Source: an uncultured delta proteobacterium (GTDB lineage: Bacteria; Myxococcota_A; Polyangia; Palsa-1104). Taken from it: DNA of 64,000 nucleotides. Numbering within the stretch: position 1 is the first letter of the stretch; each line of letters starts with the position of its first letter. Under the pieces are notes generated by a model. That model did no database searches and was not told where the DNA came from. It saw nothing but the letters and a program-made list of their open reading frames with translations. This document shows, piece by piece, positions 20,425-28,446 of this stretch. The position numbers and the translations under genes were made by a program. Location: contig CAWAWS010000014.1 of the NCBI GenBank assembly GCA_963785725.1, positions 224,001 through 288,000 of the forward strand, written 5' to 3'.

Positions 20425-21798
20425 ATGCCGTCGACGCTGCGCCTCGTCCTCATCGCCACGACCGCTGCCATCGGCGGCTTCTTGTTCGGCTTCGACACCG
20501 CCGTCATCAACGGCGCGGTCGGCGCGCTGCAGAAGCAGTTTCACGCGAGCGAGCTCGGCATCGGCCTCACCGTGTCGTCGGCGCTGCTCGGCTCGGCGTT
20601 GGGCGCGTTCGTCGCCGGCAAGATCGCCGATCGCTACGGCCGCGCGCGCGCCATGATCGTGACCGCGCTGCTCTTCGTCGGCAGCGGCGTCTTGTCGGGC
20701 GCCGCGTTCTCGCTGTGGGACTTGAGCGTCTGGCGCTTCTTCGGCGGCATCGCCATCGGCATGGCCAGCGTCATCGCGCCCGCCTACATCGCCGAGATCG
20801 CGCCCGCCGAATTGCGCGGCCGGCTCGGCTCGTTGCAGCAGCTCGCCATCGTCGTCGGCATCTTCGCGGCGCTGCTCGGCGACTTCGGCATCGCCGCCGT
20901 CGCCGGCTCGGCCTCGGCCAACGCCTGGCTCGGCTTCCCCGCGTGGCGCTGGATGTTCTGGAGCGAGCTCATCCCGGCGATTGCTTACGGCTTGGGCGCA
21001 CTCTTCATCCCCGAGTCGCCGCGCTATCTGGCTGCGCGCGGTCGCGACGCCGAGGCGCTGCTGGTCCTGCGCTCGCTCATGGGCGACCGCGCCGACGCGA
21101 AATTGCGCGAAATCCGCGACACCGTCGAGCGCGAGCACGTCCCCGGCATGTCCGACCTGCTCGGCCGCCGCTACGGCCTCTTGCCGATCGTGTGGATCGG
21201 CATCGCGCTCTCGGTCTTGCAGCAGCTCGTCGGCATCAACGTCATCTTTTATTACTCGAGCGTCTTGTGGCAGGCGGTCGGCTTCTCGGAGCACGACGCG
21301 CTCGCCATCACCGTCATCACCAGCGTCACCAACATCGTCACCACGCTCATCGCCATCGCCGCCATCGATCGCTTTGGCCGCAAGCCGCTCTTGATCGCCG
21401 GCTCCATCGGCATGGCATTGACCTTGGGCGCGATGGCGTTCGTCTTCGCGCGCGCCGGCTTCGACGCCGCCGGCCACCCGCTCTTGCGCAGCGGCGACGG
21501 CGTCATCGCGCTCGTCGCCGCCAACGTCTACGTCTTCTGCTTCGGCTTTTCCTGGGGCCCGGTCGTGTGGGTCTTGCTCGGCGAGATGTTCAACAACCGC
21601 ATTCGCGCCAGCGCCTTGTCGCTCGCCGCCGCCGCGCAATGGATCGCCAACTTCGCCGTGTCGGCGACGTTCCCGCTGCTGCAAAAGGCCGGGCTCGGCT
21701 TCGCCTATGGCGCCTATGCGGCGGCGGCGCTGGTGTCGCTGTGGTTCGTGTTGCGCTGGGTCAAAGAGACGCGCGGCAAAGAGCTGGAGCAGATGTAA
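20425..21798 (+). CDS. Sugar porter family MFS transporter
   Basis: GGFLFGFDTAVING, DRYGR, PESPRYL, QQLVGINVIFYY, ETRGKELEQM. Confidence 0.95.
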   Translation: MPSTLRLVLIATTAAIGGFLFGFDTAVINGAVGALQKQFHASELGIGLTVSSALLGSALGAFVAGKIADRYGRARAMIVTALLFVGSGVLSGAAFSLWDLSVWRFFGGIAIGMASVIAPAYIAEIAPAELRGRLGSLQQLAIVVGIFAALLGDFGIAAVAGSASANAWLGFPAWRWMFWSELIPAIAYGLGALFIPESPRYLAARGRDAEALLVLRSLMGDRADAKLREIRDTVEREHVPGMSDLLGRRYGLLPIVWIGIALSVLQQLVGINVIFYYSSVLWQAVGFSEHDALAITVITSVTNIVTTLIAIAAIDRFGRKPLLIAGSIGMALTLGAMAFVFARAGFDAAGHPLLRSGDGVIALVAANVYVFCFGFSWGPVVWVLLGEMFNNRIRASALSLAAAAQWIANFAVSATFPLLQKAGLGFAYGAYAAAALVSLWFVLRWVKETRGKELEQM

Positions 21799-21817
21799 AC
21801 GCGACGACCGCTGCCGG

Positions 21818-23014
21818 TTACGCCAGCTGAACGCGCAGCAGATCGATCGAATCGGTGGCGCTGAGCGTGCGTTCGAAGCGCGGCGGCATCTCGGCGCGAT
21901 GGGTGATGCCGGCGTCGAGCTGGCGCAGGCCGCGCTTGGCGTCTTCGTAGCTGACGGTCTTGCGGCCGGCGTGCGCGGCTTCGGCGCGCGCCAAGAACGC
22001 GCCCACGCCCGCCGACACGACGAGCAGGTCGAGGCCGCTCGACAGCGACAAGCCGAACGACGGATCGCCGAAGAACGTGCACGACTCGATGGCGTCGATG
22101 AACCAGCGCGTGAAGAGCGCTTCGCCGTCGGCGCCGATGCCGGGCGCGACCGCTTCGACGTCGTTCCACGCCACGGCGCCGCCGGTGCGCAGCTCGACGT
22201 GACCGCCGCCGAACAGCGCCGAGAAGACGTTGCCGACGCGGCCCTTGGCGGTGCTGCCGAGGACGGTGACTTTGACGAGCGTGCGAAAGAGCGCGCGCGA
22301 CAGGCGCTCGACGTTGGGCGGCGCGGCCAAGGCCTCGTCGAGCAGCGCGCCGGCGCCGGCTTTGGCCTCGGCGAACGCCTCGGCGAACGCCACGCCTTCG
22401 GCCATCTTCGTCTCGACGAGCGCCATGAGCGCGCACGCCAAACCGGCGCGGCGCAACAGCGTCGTCTCGGTCGCGAAGGCGGCGGCCAGCTCGGCGAGCA
22501 GCGGCTGCGCGTCGCTCCACGGCAGCTTCACGCCTTCGGTCAGCGTCAGCTCCGCCGGGATGCGAATGAGATAATGCGTGTTTTGAATCGAGTTTTTATA
22601 GAGCGCCTCGATCTCGGCGCGCTGCTCGTCGAGCGGCGGCCCTTCGTTGTCGACGACCGCCGGGCACGCGAACGACAGCCCGACGCGCACTTCCGTCGGC
22701 GTGGCCACGAAGCGCATGGGAAAGATCTGGCAGACGTGCGGCTTGGCCTCGGCGCCGAATTGGCTGTGAATGCCGCACAACATGTCGTCTTTGCGCACCG
22801 GGCAGCTGGTGCCGACGAGCGCCAGCGTCTCGATCTGCTGCTCCCCGAGCCGCGATTTTCCGATCGCCTTCTTCAGCCGCTCGGGCGAGATCAGCTGCCC
22901 CGCATATTTGCGATATTGGTCGGCTTCACCCGGCTCCATCAGTGGAATCTGCCAGCCGGCGCAGCAGTCGCCGCAGGCCGTGCAGGTGTAACGCGCCTTG
23001 GACAGCGAGAGCAT
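21818..23014 (-). CDS. YkgJ/FliB-like cysteine cluster protein
   Basis: CTACGDCC, C......LCGIH, KPHVCQIFP, LSFACP. Confidence 0.85.
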   Translation of the reverse strand: MLSLSKARYTCTACGDCCAGWQIPLMEPGEADQYRKYAGQLISPERLKKAIGKSRLGEQQIETLALVGTSCPVRKDDMLCGIHSQFGAEAKPHVCQIFPMRFVATPTEVRVGLSFACPAVVDNEGPPLDEQRAEIEALYKNSIQNTHYLIRIPAELTLTEGVKLPWSDAQPLLAELAAAFATETTLLRRAGLACALMALVETKMAEGVAFAEAFAEAKAGAGALLDEALAAPPNVERLSRALFRTLVKVTVLGSTAKGRVGNVFSALFGGGHVELRTGGAVAWNDVEAVAPGIGADGEALFTRWFIDAIESCTFFGDPSFGLSLSSGLDLLVVSAGVGAFLARAEAAHAGRKTVSYEDAKRGLRQLDAGITHRAEMPPRFERTLSATDSIDLLRVQLA

Positions 23015-23076
23015 TGGCTAACGGTAACAGCGCGCCCAAAGTCGAACCAGGACTTTTACGCGTGCCGACTGACGCT

Positions 23077-23826
23077 CTAAATGACCAGCTCGTCGACGAC
23101 GAAGGCGAACGGCTGCGGCTTCGGACGCTTCTCGAAGATGAAGAAGCCTTTCCAGTCGTCGACCGGCTCTTTGACGACGACGCGCACGATGACGGTGGCC
23201 CGCGCCTTGGCCTCGCCGGCGGCGATGAGCGCGCGCGAATGGACGAGCGCGCGCGAAAACGCCGTCGCGTAGAAGGGCACACCGCGCGCGATGTTGCGCG
23301 CGAACAAGAAGCGCGCGCCGTGGCCGACGTCGACGCCGAGCGCCACCGCCGCGCGCGCCGGCAGCGCGCCATAATCCTCGACGACGCCGGCGATGGCGAA
23401 GCGCTGACCGTCGACGGCGGCGCAGGCGGCGTGACAGCGCTTGAGCAGCGTCGGGCCGACCAGCTCGTAGCGGCCGCTCGGCGTCTCGACCATCGCGCCG
23501 TCGCGGCCGAGCTCGCGCTCGCGTTGGGCGCGGCGGGCCAGCGTGCCCGGCTGCGGCAGCGCCAACACCGTCTCAATCGCGTCGTCGTCGTCGTCGCTCT
23601 TGCCGCGCGGACGCTGCACCCACGTCGCCAGCTCCTCGGGCGCGCACTGCAGGACGACGGCGAGCGCCTTCAAGCTGCTCGCGTACATCGTCCGCGGCGC
23701 GCGCTTCGACTCGAGCAGCCGCACCGTTCGCTCGGTCAGACCCGAGCGTTTGGCGAGCTCGCGCTGCTCCAATTTCGCCGCCTCGCGATGCTGTCGAACG
23801 GCGCCGCGAATGGGTACCCAAGTCAT
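23077..23826 (-). CDS. XRE-type helix-turn-helix protein with an unknown C-terminal domain
   Basis: VRQHREAAKLEQRELAKRSGLTERTVRLLE...LAVVLQC. Confidence 0.75.
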   Translation of the reverse strand: MTWVPIRGAVRQHREAAKLEQRELAKRSGLTERTVRLLESKRAPRTMYASSLKALAVVLQCAPEELATWVQRPRGKSDDDDDAIETVLALPQPGTLARRAQRERELGRDGAMVETPSGRYELVGPTLLKRCHAACAAVDGQRFAIAGVVEDYGALPARAAVALGVDVGHGARFLFARNIARGVPFYATAFSRALVHSRALIAAGEAKARATVIVRVVVKEPVDDWKGFFIFEKRPKPQPFAFVVDELVI

Positions 23827-23932
23827 GTGAAATCCGTAGGAAAAGATCGCTTATAATGACACTAAAGTCAATGGGTTGGGTTTGCCTGTAGTGATCGGCG
23901 AGGAGGTGCGCGATCGGGCGGAAAATGCAGGC

Positions 23933-24325
23933 ATGACAAAGGACAGAGGCAAGGGTGGCGACGTGCGTTGGCTCGACGAGCGGGCCTTGCACGCGACGGT
24001 GTTGGCGGGCGATTCCGAGGCGTTCGCGGAGCTGATGCGGCGCTACGAATCGGTGGTGCGGCAGCAGCTCGGACGCGCGTTGGCCGGCGGTCAGGCGACG
24101 CCGAGCGACGCGGGCGACGAGCTCGTCGCCGAGTTCTGGTGCGCGCTGTTGCGCGACGATCGGCGGGCGCTGCGAGCGTGGGACGGCGAGCGTTACGGGC
24201 TGCTGGCGCCGTGGTTGGGCGCGCTGGCGATGCGCGCCGGTGCCGACGAGCTGCGGCGGCGCGTGCATGCGCGCGCCGTGCAGGCCGCGCGTCGCGATCG
24301 CGCGCCGCGCTCGACGACGGCGTGA
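23933..24325 (+). CDS. Sigma-70 region-2-like protein lacking region 4
   Basis: AGDSEAFAELMRRY...DELVAEFW..LL.DD.RALR...WL...A..AGADELRR; ends about 20 aa later. Confidence 0.55.
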   Translation: MTKDRGKGGDVRWLDERALHATVLAGDSEAFAELMRRYESVVRQQLGRALAGGQATPSDAGDELVAEFWCALLRDDRRALRAWDGERYGLLAPWLGALAMRAGADELRRRVHARAVQAARRDRAPRSTTA

Positions 24326-24473
24326 CGCGCGCGCGAAACGCCGGCACGGCCGCGTGAAACGGCCGCGCCGCGCGTGTTGAACAGTGTCGCCTAGCTCGTG
24401 AATCCATCGCGTCATCCAGCGTCAGCCGCTGCGGTGCCTGCTCACCTACCAAGACGAGCGCCGCGCGTTTCCC

Positions 24474-24733
24474 GTGCTGCTCGTCGCGGCCGCGCACGGC
24501 CATCGCTGCGTCATCCTCGGCGCGTGGGGCTGCGGCGTCTCCCGCAACGACGCCGTCGCGGTCGCCGCCGCCTTCGCGCGGGCGCTGGCCGACTCGCGGC
24601 TGCGCGGCGCCTTCGATCGCGTCGTGTTCGCCGTTTCGACCCCAGCGGCCGCAACGTGCGCGCGTTCGAGCGGCAATTCGGCGCCGTCCCCGATTCTGAG
24701 CGCGCGCCGTCGACGTCTGCCGATGAAGCTTGA
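24474..24733 (+). pseudogene. C-terminal remnant of a TIGR02452-family (bacterial PARG-like macrodomain) gene
   Basis: VILGAWGCGVSRND..VA.AF...FDRVVFAV, then a frameshift to FDPSGRNVRAFERQF; N-terminal portion absent. Confidence 0.7.
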
Positions 24734-24757
24734 CAACCCGAGGCCGTTGGCTAGAGT
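24730..24757 (+). promoter_or_regulatory. Sigma70-like promoter TTGACA-N16-TAGAGT for tRNA-Gly
   Basis: Consensus -35/-10 ending 12 nt before the tRNA. Confidence 0.6.
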
Positions 24758-24769
24758 TTTCACGAATTT

Positions 24770-24842
24770 GCGGGCGTAACTCAGTTGGTAGAGTACCTGC
24801 TTCCCAAGCAGGTTGTCGCCGGTTCGAGCCCGGTCGCCCGCT
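24770..24842 (+). tRNA. tRNA-Gly (anticodon CCC), CCA not encoded
   Basis: Acceptor GCGGGCG/CGCCCGC, D-arm CTCAGTTGGTAGAG, anticodon arm CCTGC-TTCCCAA-GCAGG, T-loop GGTTCGAGCC. Confidence 0.97.
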
Positions 24843-25183
24843 CTCCCTATCGCGCTTGTCCGTCCGACCGCGCCGCTCCTCGGCCAGCCGTTCGCTGGCG
24901 TCGCGCGCTTCTCGCTGCGCCCTCCTTCGCTAATCGTGTCGAATAGCGCCCGCAATCTGGTCGCGAACGGAAACGATCAACTCCTAGCGCGACCCATGAT
25001 TCATGGACGAGTCCAGTGCGGATCTTAGTGATCGTGAATATTGAGGATTCGCATTCGATTTACGTCCGTTGGTAATTGGTTTTCGCATTCTCGCCGCGTA
25101 CGAATCGGGCGCGGTCGGAGCCGCCGCGGAAGGTGAGCGCGAGCACGCGTTGGGGCCGCCGCCGATCGCTTGCGTCGGCTTCC

Positions 25184-25259
25184 GCGATCGAAAAACGATC
25201 GCCGAGCGATCGAAAACGATCGCCGAGCGATCGAAAAACGATCGCCGAGCGATCGCGGA
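25184..25259. repeat. Tandem array of 3 x 21-22-bp palindromic units GCGATCG-A4/5-CGATCGC-CGA plus a partial unit
   Basis: Units at 25184, 25206 and 25227; CGATCG every 10-11 bp. Confidence 0.9.
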
Positions 25260-25775
25260 CGGCGGTTCGTCACCCGCGGAGCGCATTTTGTGATCGCGTT
25301 GTGCACCGGCCGCTCCAGCGATCGAAAATGGCGTTTCTCGACGGTAAATCGGGCTACGAAGCGTGCACGGCCGGCGGCGAGACGGTAAATCTCGGGCAAA
25401 AATCGATCACGTCGCGCGAAAAGTGCGTTTTCTAGGCTTTTCGCGCCGATCTCGAGGTGCTAGGCTGACTGCGTCGGGTTGGTCGAGCGGAGGGGACATG
25501 TCGGATCGGATCGTGTTCCAGTCTTCGGCGCTCGGGCTTTCGCTCTGTGGAAAACCAAATCAGTCCTTAATGAGAACCGGGTACGGGAATGGATTTTCCC
25601 GCCGGTGAATGATCCGCGAACGGATCTGTTTTGCAGCTCGTACGCGTCCCGAGCAGTTGTCGGATGTTGGCGATCGGACGCATTGAATGATGGGTTTTTT
25701 GCTCACTCGGCGGCGCTTTTGGCGCAATCAGTGAAGCTTCGTAAGCCAACAACAACAGACAAGAGAGAACATCAA

Positions 25776-26117
25776 ATGGCGAAGGCAGGCAAAGCAGCAG
25801 CGGCTTCGGGCAAGGCGCCCACCAAGACGGAGATCTTCACGGCGATCGCGGAGCAGACCGAGCTCTCGCGCAAGCAGGTCGGCCTGGTTTTCGAGGCCCT
25901 CGGCGCGCAGATCGGCAAGAGCCTCGGCAACCGCGGCCCCGGCGTCATCGCGATCCCGGGCCTGGTGAAGATCGAGAAGAAGAGCGTCCCGGCCAAGCCG
26001 GCGCGCAAGAACGTTCCGAACCCGTTCAAGCCGGGCGAGTTCATGAACGTCGCCGCCAAGAAGGCGAGCACGAAGATCAAGGTCCGCGCGCTCAAGGGTC
26101 TCAAGGACCTCATCTGA
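25776..26117 (+). CDS. HU family DNA-binding protein
   Basis: TKTEIFTAIAEQTELSRKQV...IPGLVKI...PARKNVPNPF..GE...AKKAS.KIKVRALK.LKD. Confidence 0.92.
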   Translation: MAKAGKAAAASGKAPTKTEIFTAIAEQTELSRKQVGLVFEALGAQIGKSLGNRGPGVIAIPGLVKIEKKSVPAKPARKNVPNPFKPGEFMNVAAKKASTKIKVRALKGLKDLI

Positions 26118-26137
26118 TCTAGCAGTCGCTGTACAAG

Positions 26138-26183
26138 ATCGCCGCGCAGTCAGCCGTCCAGCGCTGACTGCGCGGCGATTTTT
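26138..26183 (+). terminator. Intrinsic terminator after HU
   Basis: ATCGCCGCGCAGTCAGC-loop-GCTGACTGCGCGGCGAT followed by a T run. Confidence 0.85.
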
Positions 26184-26266
26184 TATTTCGTAATCACTTT
26201 AGTTTTTCGCGCTTCGATATCGTAAGCAATCGCGACAATTCCAACGCCGATGATAGATTCACGCCC

Positions 26267-27064
26267 ATGAAACGCGCGTGGCTCTTGGCGTTGGCGCTGC
26301 TCGGCGGCTGCGCGTCGGCGCGGGCGACACCCTCGCGACTGACGCTGACGTATCTCGGCGTCGCCGGCTGGTCCATCTCCGACGGTCGCCACACCGTCCT
26401 CGTCGATCCCTATTTTTCGCGGCCGGCCGACCTCGAGCACGCCGTCCCCGACGAAGCCGCCATCGCCGCGCATTCGCCGGCGCGCGCCGACGTCATCCTC
26501 GTCGGCCACGGCCACGTCGATCACGCGCTCGATGCGCCGGCGGTCGCGCTGCGCACCGGCGCCACCCTCATCGCGGGCGCCGCCGTCGCCGCCAAAGCCC
26601 ACGCCGCCGGCCTCGCCAATTCCCGTATCCGCACCGCCAAAGCCGGCGACACCCACACCTTCGACGGGCTCTCCATCCGCGTCATCGCCAGCCTGCATTC
26701 CCTCATCGGCGCCGGCCAAGACGTCGAGACGTTCGCCTACCTCCTGCGCATCGCCGACCGCCAAATCCTCATCTTCGACACCGCCAACTTCGTCGAGACC
26801 GCGCTCACCAACGTCCACCCCGACATCGCCATCCTCGCCACCGGCCTGCGCGAGCAGATCCCCGACTACGCCTGCCGCCTGATGCGCATCCTCCACCGCC
26901 CACCGCGCGTATTCCCCACCCACTTCGACGCCTGGCGCCAACCACCCGAAACGCCGCTCACCCCCGCCGACCGCGCCGACCTCGCCACTTTCACCGCCGA
27001 AATCCACCACTGCGCGCCCAACACCACCGTCACGATCCCCATCCCTTTCACGCCGATTCCCTAA
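26267..27064 (+). CDS. Metallo-beta-lactamase fold hydrolase lipoprotein
   Basis: Lipobox LGGC; YLGVAGW, LVDPYFSR, GHGHVDHALD, PTHFD. Confidence 0.9.
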   Translation: MKRAWLLALALLGGCASARATPSRLTLTYLGVAGWSISDGRHTVLVDPYFSRPADLEHAVPDEAAIAAHSPARADVILVGHGHVDHALDAPAVALRTGATLIAGAAVAAKAHAAGLANSRIRTAKAGDTHTFDGLSIRVIASLHSLIGAGQDVETFAYLLRIADRQILIFDTANFVETALTNVHPDIAILATGLREQIPDYACRLMRILHRPPRVFPTHFDAWRQPPETPLTPADRADLATFTAEIHHCAPNTTVTIPIPFTPIP

Positions 27065-27067
27065 AAT

Positions 27068-27347
27068 CCAGGGGCGTGCCGCCCGCTCGCCGTCTGCCAC
27101 CCAAGACCCCCGCCAAGCCACGAGGGAATCGGACCCACCGCCGGGGTGGCGTCGCGACCTTCTTGTCCGCGCGCAGGCGGAGCGCGGCCCGCCTCAGCAT
27201 TCACCTACTCAATCCAATACCTTAGAAGCGACAGCGCCGACGTTCGCGCACTGGGCGCGCAGACGAGCACGGACAAGAAGGTCGCGATGACAGGACCCCG
27301 ACGCCGCGCCAGGGCCCCACGTGACTTGGCCTCCCAGCGAGCAGCGC
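27068..27347. repeat. ~280-bp palindromic dispersed repeat, copy 1
   Basis: Closely similar to 40512-40791; internal inverted repeat 27152-27169/27270-27287. Confidence 0.9.
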
Positions 27348-27425
27348 CCTCGCGAAGCGCCCACCATGCGGTAACCTGAATGCGTGCCCTCGGGAACTTC
27401 CGGCGCGCGCGTCCGTTTACCGATC

Positions 27426-28028
27426 GTGTCTCGAGCCTCGTCAACCGCGCGCACCCCCGACGCGTCCAGCGATCTCGACGAAGTCACGCTCGCCCGCGCC
27501 AAAACCGGCGATCGCCGAGCGTTCCGCGCCCTCGTCGAGCGTTATCAGCGCCCGGTGTTCTCGCTCTTGAGCCGCATGTTGCTCCCCGCCGGCCGTGAAT
27601 CCCTGGTCGAAGATTTGGCCCAAGAGGCCTTCGTGCGCGTCTTTCGCGGGCTGCCAACCTTCGGCAGCGACGGGCGCACCAACCTGGCGGCGTGGATCCT
27701 GACGATCGCGGCGCGCCTCGCCATCGACGAGCTGCGCCGGCAACCGCAGCGTCACGAGTCGCTCGATCGGCAGGCGCTCGGCGTCGCCGGCGGCGCGTCG
27801 GCCGATCACGAGAGCGAGCGGCGCGGCGTCGCCAGCGCCATCGAGCGCGCCGTCGCCGAGTTGACGCCGGAGCAGCGCGCGGCGTTCCTGCTGCGCGAGG
27901 TGCACGAGATGGATTACGAGTCGATCGCCGACGCGCTGGCCGTCGACGTGGGCACGGTGAAATCGCGGCTTTCGCGCGCCCGAGCGGCGCTGCGACGGGC
28001 GCTGCAAGGAACCTACGATGAGCGATGA
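27426..28028 (+). CDS. ECF RNA polymerase sigma-70 factor (start uncertain)
   Basis: GDRRAFRALVERYQ, EDLAQEAFVRVF, WILTIAAR, YESIADAL...GTVKSRLSRAR. Confidence 0.92.
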   Translation: MSRASSTARTPDASSDLDEVTLARAKTGDRRAFRALVERYQRPVFSLLSRMLLPAGRESLVEDLAQEAFVRVFRGLPTFGSDGRTNLAAWILTIAARLAIDELRRQPQRHESLDRQALGVAGGASADHESERRGVASAIERAVAELTPEQRAAFLLREVHEMDYESIADALAVDVGTVKSRLSRARAALRRALQGTYDER

Positions 28029-28440
28029 CCGCCGGTCGGCGAAGCGCCGACACAGAAACAAAGGGTCCGACGATTGGGGCGCGCTGTTCGAGCAGTGGGG
28101 CGACGCGCCACCGAGCGACGGCTTCGCCGAGCGCGTGCTCGCCGCGTGCGACGCCACGGCCGACGCCGGTGATTCGGTGCACGAGGCGCCGCGCGTCGTC
28201 GCCGCGCGCGCATCGTTGCCGCGCGACCTGCCGCGGATTCGCGAGCTGGCCTCGGCGCGGCTCGTGCGCGAAGCGGCGCCGCCACGTTCGCTGCGCGGCG
28301 GCGTGCTGCTCGTCGCTGCCGTGGCGGCGGCGCTGCTGCTCATTCCGCTCGCGCTCCGTCGCCAAGACCGTTCGCCGCCGCCGCAAATGACCGTCGCCGC
28401 CGGCCCGCCTTCGTACGACCTCGGCCCCACGCGGGATTAA
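28018..28440 (+). CDS. Putative membrane anti-sigma factor
   Basis: Overlaps the sigma stop; PPSDGFAERVL motif; single TM. Confidence 0.65.
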   Translation: MSDDRRSAKRRHRNKGSDDWGALFEQWGDAPPSDGFAERVLAACDATADAGDSVHEAPRVVAARASLPRDLPRIRELASARLVREAAPPRSLRGGVLLVAAVAAALLLIPLALRRQDRSPPPQMTVAAGPPSYDLGPTRD

Positions 28441-28446
28441 CCGAAC

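Noticed and set aside
24770..24842. tRNA-Gly as attachment site of an integrated element
   Set aside because: No integrase and no duplicated tRNA 3' end were seen in the window
25184..25259. Possible CRISPR array
   Set aside because: Units are directly adjacent with no unique spacers, and no cas genes are present in the window
25546..25554. Replication origin suggested by a DnaA-box-like 9-mer and GATC richness
   Set aside because: Only one box seen, no clear AT-rich unwinding element, and no dnaA/dnaN/gidA context
27190..27255. Variable centre of the palindromic element as a guide or spacer sequence
   Set aside because: The two centres still align (AGCA..CAC...GAAGCGA.AGCGCCGA), so they are diverged homologues; no matching target was found by eye
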